Assembly: GCF_022045235.1 (NCBI RefSeq)
Contig: NW_027266280.1
Location: forward strand, 372,001 to 436,000
From: Haliotis cracherodii
Lineage: Eukaryota
DNA length: 64,000 nucleotides
Direction of reading: 5' to 3'
The notes beneath the pieces were generated by a model. It had not been told where the DNA came from. It made no database searches and worked only from the letters and a program-made list of their open reading frames with translations. Positions 11,701-21,800 of this stretch are shown here, in pieces (the first letter of the stretch is position 1; each line of letters begins with the position of its first letter). The position numbers were made by a program, and so were the translations under genes.

Positions 11701-12244
11701 TCATGTAATTAAATAAATGCTTGACATCGCTATTTATTTTGATTTTGATTTTGACTGACCTTGTGTGGAAAACTGGAATAAATATGTGAAGAAAAAATTA
11801 TGAAAGTGTGGCCCAGTTTCTTTCTTTCTCTATTGAGTGTCTATCAACATCATGAAAATAGACTTAGTTTTCTTGAGTATGTGTAAAATTGCAAATATTA
11901 CCGGTACTATCGATATGTAATGTTTACAAATTTGATATTACAATAATTGCTGACTTTGCCAGTGATGTGTGACAAAGAAGCTGAAGTGGATGAAAGTCAT
12001 TTCTGAAAGAAATTGCTGTCAGTGTTTAACAAATAATTTGTCTTTCCTTTCCAGTGCAAGAAAACGACCAGTCCCCTACTACAGGCCCTCTCCCCCCTCC
12101 CCCAGCTCCGACGACAGCTATAGGTCATACTCCAGGTCAAGGTCAAGGTCGCGTTTCCGTAGTCGTAGTCTGAGTCTAACAAAGCGCTACTCTAGGCGGC
12201 GGCGTAGCTGGAGCAGCTGCAGTCTTGACAGTCTGAAACACTGA
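2693..12244 (+). CDS. Srrm234: Srrm234 (SRRM2/3/4-family SR-related splicing factor), 3' part; eMIC-containing isoform: join(2693-2737,3421-3510,7100-7276,7556-7909,8420-8572,12055-12244); 5' exons lie upstream of the window or in N gaps
   Basis: All exons are bounded by AG/GT and all introns are phase 2. The spliced frame is open and K/R/S/RS-rich and reads ...SPSIRRRKGSPSHLDKRRITS|ARKRPVPYYRPSPPSPSS..., matching the SRRM3/SRRM4 C-terminal eMIC motif. Confidence 0.9.
3166..3405. repeat. ~66-70-bp tandem repeat x3.5 abutting the 3421 acceptor
   Basis: tccactgagtgggtctatgtagagagataagcaggtaattgttacaagagtgtatata repeated. Confidence 0.9.
3421..3510 (+). CDS. Srrm234: Srrm234 internal exon (90 nt, SEEKKKRRRRKESSSSDSDSDSDSESDSG)
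   Basis: tattttacag acceptor, AAG|gtgggt donor, phase 2-2. Confidence 0.85.
4900..5967. repeat. Degenerate (ACTC)n/(AC)n microsatellite with N gaps
   Basis: Direct inspection. Confidence 0.95.
6569..6768 (+). mobile_element. tRNA-derived SINE (family 1) with (ACTC)n tail
   Basis: Box A tagcctcgtgg, box B ggttcgattcc, GTC anticodon-like loop; repeated at 30348, 38839, 58719. Confidence 0.85.
7100..7276 (+). CDS. Srrm234: Srrm234 internal exon (177 nt, SSSAASPDRNGKTRKSS...SESESDKSPPR)
   Basis: ttgttacag acceptor, AAG|gtagga donor, phase 2-2, S/P/R-rich open frame. Confidence 0.82.
7556..7909 (+). CDS. Srrm234: Srrm234 internal RS-rich exon (354 nt)
   Basis: cctgtcaacag acceptor, GAG|gtatga donor; lies within ORF 7485-8021 (RSRSRSYSRSRSRSRKR). 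Confidence 0.88.
8420..8572 (+). CDS. Srrm234: Srrm234 penultimate exon (153 nt) encoding the N-terminal half of eMIC (…GSPSHLDKRRIT)
   Basis: atccag acceptor, AAG|gtgggg donor, phase 2-2. Confidence 0.9.
8950..9070 (+). CDS. Srrm234: Srrm234 proximal alternative last exon, coding part (RSRSRERKYDDRRRSRSRSYNRRCSPSPYYRSSKRPRDRY*), eMIC-minus isoform
   Basis: Long U-rich tract ~8890-8940 then tctag acceptor; phase-2 compatible with the 8572 donor; RS-rich, ends in TAA. Confidence 0.82.
9718..10464. repeat. 43-bp minisatellite x~17
   Basis: cactattccagtgtattacgtcatcagctaaataatcagtccr. Confidence 0.97.
10938..11082 (+). mobile_element. SINE-like family 2, 5'-truncated
   Basis: catgtcatcgtatcccaa..gtctggtccagactc..aaacaaacaaac. 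Confidence 0.75.
11704..11755 (+). promoter_or_regulatory. Candidate proximal poly(A) site of Srrm234
   Basis: TGTA ~11705, AATAAA 11712-11717, downstream U-rich tatttattttgattttgattttg; other AATAAA hexamers nearby (~11544, ~11777). Confidence 0.45.
12055..12244 (+). CDS. Srrm234: Srrm234 distal alternative last exon, coding part (SARKRPVPYYRPSP…LDSLKH*), eMIC-plus isoform
   Basis: tctttcctttccag acceptor; AG|T gives Ser and completes RRITSARKRPVPYYRPSP; TGA at 12242-12244. Confidence 0.9.
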
Positions 12245-13269
12245 GAAATATCACAAGTTGTAGACACCTTCTCAAATCCCGAGGGGATCACGGCTGGCCC
12301 AGTCGTCTTAGCTGCAGTGATTCACTGTGCAGAGTTGCGTCCTTTGGGCACACCAGAAACCAATGATTGTGGTCAGCATCATGCTTGTGGGTTTCACCGA
12401 AGTGGTAAACGTCTAAGACTTGCATCACTTCCTGCCACATCAAGCTGACACGCCGTGATAAAACTGGAATACTGTTAACAGCAGGGTTAAACCCAAATAT
12501 CTCACTCACCGACTCACTCACATCCCAAGCTTTTGTTTCAAAAATGTCAAAATGCCTGCCTCTGTAAGAAGGTCTTAGGCATCTATATCTAGGAATATCG
12601 AACAAATATTGAAGTTCCTGGAACAGTTAGAGTACCGTCTGTCTGTGATTCCTCCCTGCCGGGACATCTCCTCAGTGTCAGGGTGCAACTTGTGATATTT
12701 CTTGGCTGACCCAACTTTATTTGGTGCAATCGCGATATGGCTGCAATATTGCCGATGCGATGTAAAATTAAACTCACTCAATTATTTGGTGCAATACATC
12801 CCAGTGCCCAAACAGCTGTTTTACCTGTGGTAGGGACATTCCCACATGTCTCCTGGAGGTGCTCAGTCGGTCTTAACACTGTACATAACATTTCTACAAC
12901 ACTGGACGGCACAGTTGGATTGAAGACGAGCCGGCTTATCCAAGAGACATGTTGGATCGGTCTGTAGTGCGGCAGTTTGAGCGCTGGGGAGAGGAGAGTT
13001 TATGACGATGATGTCATGGCAGGCTACTCGACCTGGCTGGTTTAACATATCAGATTTAAGTTATTGTTCGTTCGGACTGGTCTTTCATTTTACATGTATT
13101 TATTTATATGCTATTTATTGCACATGTTGTGGCTTTTGCAACAGTTGTTGGTTTTATTTTCGGTTTTATAAAGATATTTGTTTTATGACTCAACTATGCT
13201 GGACCAATTAGAGTTATTTCCCCTTGATTAGAGTTGGCTGGAGTAGCATGAAATGAAACAAACATTGTG

Positions 13270-14524
13270 TTGGTGTAGGTGAAGATTACTGGCAGTCAAT
13301 AGCATCCCATGCTTGGTTTGTACCGGGTGTGCGAGTTGGTGTAGGTGAAGATTACTGGCAGTGAATAGCATCCCATGCTTCGTTTGTACTGGGTGTGCGA
13401 GTTGGTGTAGGTGAAGATTACTGGCAGTGAATAGCATCCCATGCTTCGTTTGTACCGGTTGTGCGAGTTGGTGTAGGTGAAGATTACTGGCAGTGAATAG
13501 CATCCCATGCTTCGTTTGTACTGGGTGTGCGAGTTGGTGTAGGTGAAGATTACTGGCAGTGAATAGCATCCCATGCTTGGTTTGTACTGGGTGTGCGAGT
13601 TGGTGTAGGTGAAGATTACTGGCAGTCAATAGCATCCCATGCTTCGTTTGTACTGGGTGTGCGAGTTGGTGTAGGTGAAGATTACTGGCAGTCAATAGCA
13701 TCCCATGCTTGGTTTGTACCAGGTGTGCGAGTTGGTGTAGGTGAAGATTACTGCCAGTGAATAGCATCCCATGCTTCGTTTGTACTGGGTGTGCGAGTTG
13801 GTGTAGGTGAAGATTACTGGCAGTGAATAGCATCCCATGCTTCGTTTGTACTGGGTGTGCGAGTTGGTGTAGGTGAAGATTACTGGCAGTCAATAGCATC
13901 CCATGCTTGGTTTGTACCAGGTGTGCGAGTTGGTGTAGGTGAAGATTACTGCCAGTGAATAGCATCCCATGCTTGGGTTGTACCGGGTGTGCGAGTTGGT
14001 GTAGGTGAAGATTACTGGCAGTGAATAGCATCCCATGCTTCGTTTGTACCGGGTGTGCGAGTTGGTGTAGGTGAAGATTACTGCCAGTGAATAGCATCCC
14101 ATGCTTGGGTTGTACCGGGTGTGCGAGTTGGTGTAGGTGAAGATTACTGCCAGTCAATAGCATCCCATGCTTGGTTTGTACCGGGTGTGCGAGTTGGTGT
14201 AGGTGAAGATTACTGCCAGTGAATAGCATCCCATGCTTGGTTTGTACCAGGTGTGCGAGTTGGTGTAGGTGAAGATTACTGCCAGTGAATAGCATCCCAT
14301 GCTTGGTTTGTACCGGGTGTGCGAGTTGGTGTAGGTGAAGATTACTGCCAGTGAATAGCATCCCATGCTTGGTTTGTACCAGGTGTGCGAGTTGGTGTAG
14401 GTGAAGATTACTGGCAGTCAATAGCATCCCATGCTTGGTTTGTACCAGGTGTGCGAGTTGGTGTAGGTGAAGATTACTGCCAGTCAATAGGATCCCATGC
14501 TTGGTTTGTACCGGGTGTGCGAGT
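13270..14524. repeat. 66-bp minisatellite x~19
   Basis: ttggtgtaggtgaagattactggcagtgaatagcatcccatgcttggtttgtaccgggtgtgcgag. Confidence 0.97.
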
Positions 14525-15817
14525 CAATCAAGGGGAGGTAACTCCATGATGACTTTTAACCTCAGTGTAAGTGGGAGATTACCTTCATTATTCACAACAG
14601 ATGCTGCCAGTCGGCACACATAGAAATCTAAACCTGACTTTTAATGCAAAGTTTCATTTGAATTGATGTTGGTTTGAACCAAAGAAATTCAAAGAGTGAG
14701 AGTACATAAAGATTTCATTCCAAGAAATTGCTATTCCCTGCGTTGTACTCAATTATTGTCAACATTTCAAGGCTAAACCACTCATCAGTTCTGTCAGCAT
14801 CTCACCATCAGATGTCCAAGTCGTGACACCTTCTTGGTGAATGCATCCAATGAGCTGTGTAAATATGCCATGCCCTGAAATGTTCAAGGACTACAGATGT
14901 ACATATATGTATTCTGATGAGTGCAGAATGCATGGCTCCCCACGGAGGTCGGCTGTACAGACTGGAACGTACGTGACGGTAGTATTAAGGGATGGTATAC
15001 ATTGTACGAGAGGAAATCACCTGTATGTTGTCGTGTTCGTTTTATGTAAACATTGAACCGACTCATTTTAACCCTTGATACCTGCACAAAAGAGATTATG
15101 AATTGCATTAACTGTTAACCCTTCACAACTTGTGACCGAAGAGTTGAAAATCCTATTACCATTTTGTTTCTCAAACAAGGGTTATGGTTAAATATATGGA
15201 TGAACTTAATTTAGTGTTTAATCATGAAGGATTGGGGTGGGTGGGGGGGGTGGGGGGGGGTGGGGGGGTTGTAAGATACAAGATATTGATGACCTGAACA
15301 ACATGCCCTCATGGTGACATATGATATTGTTATGGCAATCTTTGATCTGGATAGAAATGTGGACGAGACCTTTGGGCAAATGTCCAATCAAGACCACCAC
15401 ATCTTGGTGGTATCATGTTCTGTATACTGTTGCATTGAAACTCATCTGATGGCGCCATTGGTAGTTAGTTGCATTCATCTTAGTGTCACAGGAGGAGGAC
15501 CTTGTGGGGTCATGTTGGAGGTCATTCAGGCCTTTAGTCTCATTTCCACATCAGCAAAGAATTCTTCCAAAGCTTTAAGGTGTACAGAAAGAACGTGTCC
15601 ACTGTACACTTTGAAGCTTAAGATGCTGTATTAAATTATGTCTTATGTTAAGAAAGTAGACACATTCTCACCTAAAGACCTTTGTAAGTGTGTCCTTTGT
15701 TGGCCTGTGTTGGTCAGATGTGGATCACCCAATCATTGTTAATATGTGCAGATAATTACAAAGTTGTGGAGAGGTAAGTCTGAACAGTAGCAGACTCGGG
15801 GGACTCCACATGTAGCA

Positions 15818-16393
15818 GACTCTCTCATAGCGGGTGTACTCCCTCATAGGGGCTTATCTCTCATAGCGGGTGTACTCTCTCATAGCGGGTGTACTCTCTC
15901 ATAGCGGGTGTACTCTCTCATAGCAGGTGTACTCTCTCATAGGGGCTGTACTCTCTCATAGGGGCTGTACTCTCTCATAACGGGTGTACTCTCTCATAGC
16001 GGGTGTACTCCCTCATAGGGGCTGTACTCTCTCATAACGGGTGTACTCTCTCATAGCGGGTGTACTCCTTCATAGGGGCTGTACTCTCTCATAGCGGGTG
16101 TACTCTCTCATAACGGGTGTACTCTCTCATAGCGGGTTTACTCTCTCATAGCGGGTGTACTCTCTCATAGCGGGTGTACTCTCTCATAGCGGGTGTACTC
16201 TCTCATAGCGGGTGTACTCCCTCATAGGGGCTGTACTCTCTCATAGCGGGTGTACTCTCTCATAGCAGGTGTACTCTCTCATAGCGGGTGTACTCCCTCA
16301 TAGGGGCTGTACTCTCTCATAGGGGCTGTACTCTCTCATAGCGGGTGTACTCTCTCATAGCGGGTGTACTCCCTCATAGCGAGTTGACTCTCT
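15818..16393. repeat. 19-bp minisatellite x~29
   Basis: tactctctcatagcgggtg. Confidence 0.95.
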
Positions 16394-16451
16394 CACCCAC
16401 TCAGTGTAGTGCTGGTGGACAGACATCCCATGTGTGTCCTTCATATTGTAC

Positions 16452-16753
16452 TAGGTGTGGGACGATTCACAATATACATCAAGCATCGATAGGTCTATCA
16501 TATTGCAGTATCTATACAAAACAAAACATTGTATAGTTAATAGTATGTTAGTGTTAACCGTCACACAGGCAGTTTATTTCAGATTTAAGCTGTTTGTCAT
16601 CATATTTGTTAAATTTCCACAAGAATCTAAAATCCAGAATCTTTTCTTAACAATCATCTTGTGACATAATGTGTATCCCTCTGGATACTGATATGTATGA
16701 TATCGTGACCTCATCTCGTACCCCGCACCGTATCGTGAGTCGCCCCAGTCCTG
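16452..16753. mobile_element. Degenerate hAT-like MITE related to 57003-57651
   Basis: Termini taggtgtgggacgatt / agtcgccccagtcctg; atcg-rich subtermini. Confidence 0.45.
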
Positions 16754-16805
16754 TAGTGTACAAAACTCATTACAGGCACTGTGTATAGCCATGCAGCCAC
16801 GCTCA

Positions 16806-16870
16806 TGTACGTCTCATTGTACAATAAAACATTCAACATGCTGAGTGTTCTTCTGTCATCTGTTGGTAGC
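16806..16870 (+). promoter_or_regulatory. Candidate distal poly(A) site of Srrm234
   Basis: Two TGTA motifs, AATAAA 16823-16828, then GU-rich gtgttcttctgtcatctgttggt. Confidence 0.5.
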
Positions 16871-18291
16871 TACTCAAGATAGTCTGGAGGTTGTATTACG
16901 TACACTATTCCAGCGTGCATGTAAAGGTCTAAACAAACTGAAGTATATCTGTCCTCACATTTCAAACTACAAAGAAATAGCTCAGTATCCTAAACAAAAG
17001 TTGTGTAGCATATTTCAGACAAAGTCTTCCATGTTTGATTTGCAAATATGTTTCAAGCCCGTATATAGGTAAACATGCTTCAGAAACGGACATTTTCAAA
17101 GCCACACACACAGAGTTTAATAATGCATGCAGTTTAATGAATTTTTGCCTTTAAACAATATATTACGTGAATACGTGACTAACCACAAGTCCGGGTAGTC
17201 CTGTGGGTAGTCCTGTGGGTAGTCCTGTGGGTAGTCCTACTTCATTTCACTGGTGATCATCTTTGTGTTTGCACATAAACCTAACCAGAAATATTTCCCT
17301 TGCCTGGTTTCCGAGTTCTGTGTAGGGAGCTGCAGATGGTGGAGGTGACGGGTGCTGTAGCGTTAAGATGTCTTTGTTTAATGCCACATTCAGCGATAGA
17401 CGACTGTATGAGCAATAGCCCACACGCTGTGATATAGCTGGAATACCCGGAATCCCAAGGAGTAGCAGTGTTGGAGGGTGTCTTACATGTGTCTTACTTC
17501 CGCATCTGTCAGAGGATCTTGCTGATATGAGCAGTCGTGAGGTGTATGACTGAAATACTCCAGCTGCCTGCGTATATCGTACTTCCACAAGAAGATTGAC
17601 TGCCTGCATATGTGGTACTTCCACAAGAAGATTCCGAAAGGATTCACAACCCAACATTTCCAGACAAAACAACTGTATTTCAGCAAATCTAGTTACACAA
17701 ATTCAGAATATCTTGGAGACATACTGCACACGATCACCATCACCATCAGACATGTAAACAACAATAGTAACAGGAGCATTTCCATTGTTTCAAGAACAAA
17801 TCAAAGTCCATCTGAAGGAAACATTTTGTTCAACAAATCTGAGTATTTCAAAACGTTGTTGGTTATAACTGAACACACAAAGTCTCAGACAGAATCCTGA
17901 AACATTTCTATGCAATTCAACAGGAACTGATTGTAGTGACCATTACCAAATACAAATATTACACAACTCCTGGATGGAGGAAGAAAACATAAAATTTGAT
18001 TATTGCAACAATTAATTTGAATTATTTATACACAAAAGTGATTATGAAAATGTAAATGCTAAACATTTACACGGAAACGTATCAACGGTCAGGAAGCAAG
18101 GATGGAACCTAGAGTCAACACTTGGCCAACATGGTGAACTTGCCAAGGAGTGGCTACCTCGTGTAGTGGGGTATTTGTTCGTGCGTACCTCATGGGTGTG
18201 GAGTGCATCAGTACTAACTAACGGAGTGAGGCCGTGGTTGAAACATTGGTTTGGGTCTGGTCATTACTTACCACTTTTTGCAGAGGGAGCA

Positions 18292-18538
18292 AACTTGTTT
18301 TGTTTGTATGTTGTTATACGCTGCACACAGCAATATTCGAGCTATATGACGGGCAGACAATCCTGTGATTGACATCATGAGCATCAATTTACGCAATTAA
18401 GATACAATAACATGCATCAACCATGTCAGTGGGCCTGACCACATGATCCCGTAAGTTGCCTCTTACGACAAGCGTGGTCGCCTATTAAGGCAAGCATGGG
18501 TTGCTGACGACTTATTCAAATCCAGATCTTCATGGGTC
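18292..18538 (-). mobile_element. SINE-like family 2 copy
   Basis: Reverse complement homologous to 59230-59536. Confidence 0.75.
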
Positions 18539-18827
18539 TTGTATCATGAAAAAAAAGGATCAGCAAAACAGGTGCTTGAGTAAAAGAGAAAGAAATACTT
18601 TGATTTCATGTGAATCCATCCATTGACAATTTGGTCATGGGTCAAACTTGCTTCAGTTATCAGTTGTGAACAACCAACTGTGACAGCTCTAATAATGTGT
18701 GATGGGGAACCTGCCCAAAAAATCTGATGTCGCCCTTTTACTGCAAGTATGGGTTGCTGAAGACCTACTGGTATTCTATGGGTCCTGATACAAGCCTTCG
18801 GGTTCCAACTTCCATAAAAACGAGGGG

Positions 18828-21800
18828 TTTAAACCTAGTGTCTGGCGCTGTAGTGAGAACAGGAATAAAACTTGTGTTTGGCACCATGGTGAGGTGAGTA
18901 AACCTAGTGTTTGGCACCATGGTGAAAGGCAGAGTAAACCTAGTGTCTGGCACCATGGTGAGAGGGGAAGTAAACCTAGTGTCTGGCGCCATGGTAAGAA
19001 GGGAGTAAACCTAGTGTCTGGCACCATGGTGAGAGGTGAAGTAAACCTAGTGTCTGGCGCCATGGTGAGAAGGGAGTAAACCTAGGGTCTGGCGCCATGA
19101 TGAGAGGGGAAGTAAACCTAGTGTCTGGCGCCTTGGTGAGAGGGGAAGTAAACCTAGTGTCTGGCGCCATGGTGAGAGAGGAAGTAAACCTAGTGTCTGG
19201 CGCCATGGTGAGAAGGGAGTAAACCTAGTGTCTGGCACCATGGTGAGAGGGGAATTAAACCTATCTTCTGGCGCCATGGTGAGAAGGGAGTAAACCTAGT
19301 CTCTGGCACCATGGTGAGAGGGGAAGTAAACCTAGTGTCTGGCACCATGGTGAGAGAGGAAGTAAACCTAGTGTCTGGCGCCATGGTGAGAAGGGAGTAA
19401 ACCTAGTGTCTGGCACCATGGTGAGAGGGGAATTAAACCTATCTTCTGGTGAGAAGGGAGTAAACCTAGTCTCTGGCACCATGGTGAGAGGGGAAGTAAA
19501 CCTAGTGTCTGGCACCATGGTGAGAGGGGAGTAAACCTAGTGTCTGGCGCCATGGTGAGAAGAGAGTAAACCTTGTGTCTGGCACCATGGTGAGAAGGGA
19601 GTACACCAAGTGTCTGGCGCCATGGTGAGAGGGGAAGTAACCCTAGTGTCTGGCGCCATGGTGAGAAGGGAGTAAACCTTGTGTCTGGTGCCATGGTGAG
19701 AAGGGAGTAAACCTTGTGTCTGGTGCCATGGTGAGAGGGGGAGTTAATATTGTATCTGGCGCCATGGTGAGAGGGGGAACAAACCTAGTGTCTGGCGCCA
19801 TGGTGAGAGGGGCAGTAAACCTAGTGTCTGGTGCCATGGTGAGAGGGGGAGTAAACCTAGTGTCTGGCGCCATGGTGAGAGGGGAAGTAAACCTTGTGAC
19901 TGGCACCATGGTGAGAGGGGGAATAAATCTTGTGTCTGGCACCATGGTGAGAGGGGGAGTAAACCTTGTGCCTGGCACCATGGTGAGAAGGGGAGTAAAC
20001 CTTGTGACTGGCACCATGGTGAGAGGGGGAGTAAACCTTGTGCCTGGCACCATGGTGAGAAGGGGAGTAAACCTTGTGACTGGCACCATGGTGAGAGGGG
20101 GAGTAAACCTTGTGTCTGGTGCCATGGTGAGAGGGGGAGTAAACCTTGTGTCTGGTGCCATGGTGAGAGGGGGAGTAAACCTAGTGTCTGGCGCCATGGT
20201 GAGAGGGGAAGTAAACCTTGTGACTGGCACCATGGTGAGAGGGGGAATAAATCTTGTGTCTGGCACCATGGTGAGAGGGGGAGTAAACCTTGTGCCTGGC
20301 ACCATGGTGAGAAGGGGAGTAAACCTTGTGACTGGCACCATGGTGAGAGGGGGAGTAAACCTTGTGCCTGGCACCATGGTGAGAAGGGGAGTAAACCTTG
20401 TGACTGGCACCATGGTGAGAGGGGGAGTAAACCTTGTGCCTGGCACCATGGTGAGAAGGGGAGTAAACCTTGTGACTGGCACCATGGTGAGAGGGGGAGT
20501 AAACCTTGTGTCTGGTGCCATGGTGAGAGGGGGAGTAAACCTTGTGTCTGGCACCATGGTGAGAGGGGAATTAAACCTTGTGACTGGCACCATGGTGAGA
20601 GGGGAAGTAAACCTTGTGTCTGGCGCCATGGTGAGAGGGGAAATAAACCTTGTGACTGGCACCATGGTGAGAGGGGGAGTAAACCTTGTGTCTGGCACCA
20701 TGGTGAGAGGGGAAGTAAACCTAGTGTATGGCGCCATGGTGAGGAGTGAAGTAAACCTAGTGTCTGGCGCCATGGTGAGAGGGGGAGTAAACCCTGTGTC
20801 TGGCGCCATGGTGAGAGGGGGAGTAAACCCTGTGTCTTGCGCCATGGTGAGAGGGGGAGTAAACCTAGTGTCTGGCACCATGGTGAGAGGGGAAGTAAAC
20901 CTTCTGACTGGCACCATGGTGAGAGGGGGAGTAAACCTTGTGTCTGGCACCATGGTGAGAGGGGAAGTAAACCTAGTGTCTGGCGCCATGGTGAGGAGGG
21001 AAGTAAACCTAGTGTCTGGCGCCATGGTGAGAGGGGGAGTAAACCCTGTGTCTGGCGCCATGGTGAGAGGGGGAGTAAACCCTGTGTCTTGCGCCATGGT
21101 GAGAGGGGGAGTAAACCTAGTGTCTGGCGCCATGGTGAGAGGGGGAGTAAACCTAGTGTCTGGCACCATGGTGAGAGGGGGAGTTAACCTAGTGTCTGGC
21201 ACCATGGTGAGAGGGGGAGTAAACCCTGTGTCTGGCGGCATGGTCAAAGGGGGAGTAAACCCTGTGTCTGGCGGCATGGTAAGAGGGGGAGTAAACCTAG
21301 TGTCTGGCGCCATGGTGAGAGGGGAAGTAAACCTTGTGACTGGCACCATGGTTAGAGGGGGAGTAAACCTAGTGTCTGGCACCATGGTGAGAGGGGGAGT
21401 AAACCTTGTGTCTGGCACCATGGTTAGAGGGGGAGTAAACCTTGTGTCTGGCACCATGGTGAGAGGGGAAGTAAACCTAGTGTCTGGCACGATTGTGAGG
21501 GGGGTAAACCTAGTGTTTGGCACCATGGTGAAAGGCAGAGTAAACCTAGTGTCTGGCACCATGGTGAGAGGGGAAGTAAACCTAGTGTCTGGCGCCATGG
21601 TAAGAAGGGAGTAAACCTAGTGTCTGGCACCATGGTGAGAGGTGAAGTAAACCTAGTGTCTGGCGCCATGGTGAGAAGGGAGTAAACCTAGGGTCTGGCG
21701 CCATGATGAGAGGGGAAGTAAACCTAGTGTCTGGCGCCTTGGTGAGAGGGGAAGTAAACCTAGTGTCTGGCGCCATGGTGAGAGAGGAAGTAAACCTAGT

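Noticed and set aside
13228-14487. 419-aa repeat ORF
   Set aside because: A 66-bp tandem repeat antisense to the probable Srrm234 3'UTR, with no splice or start context.
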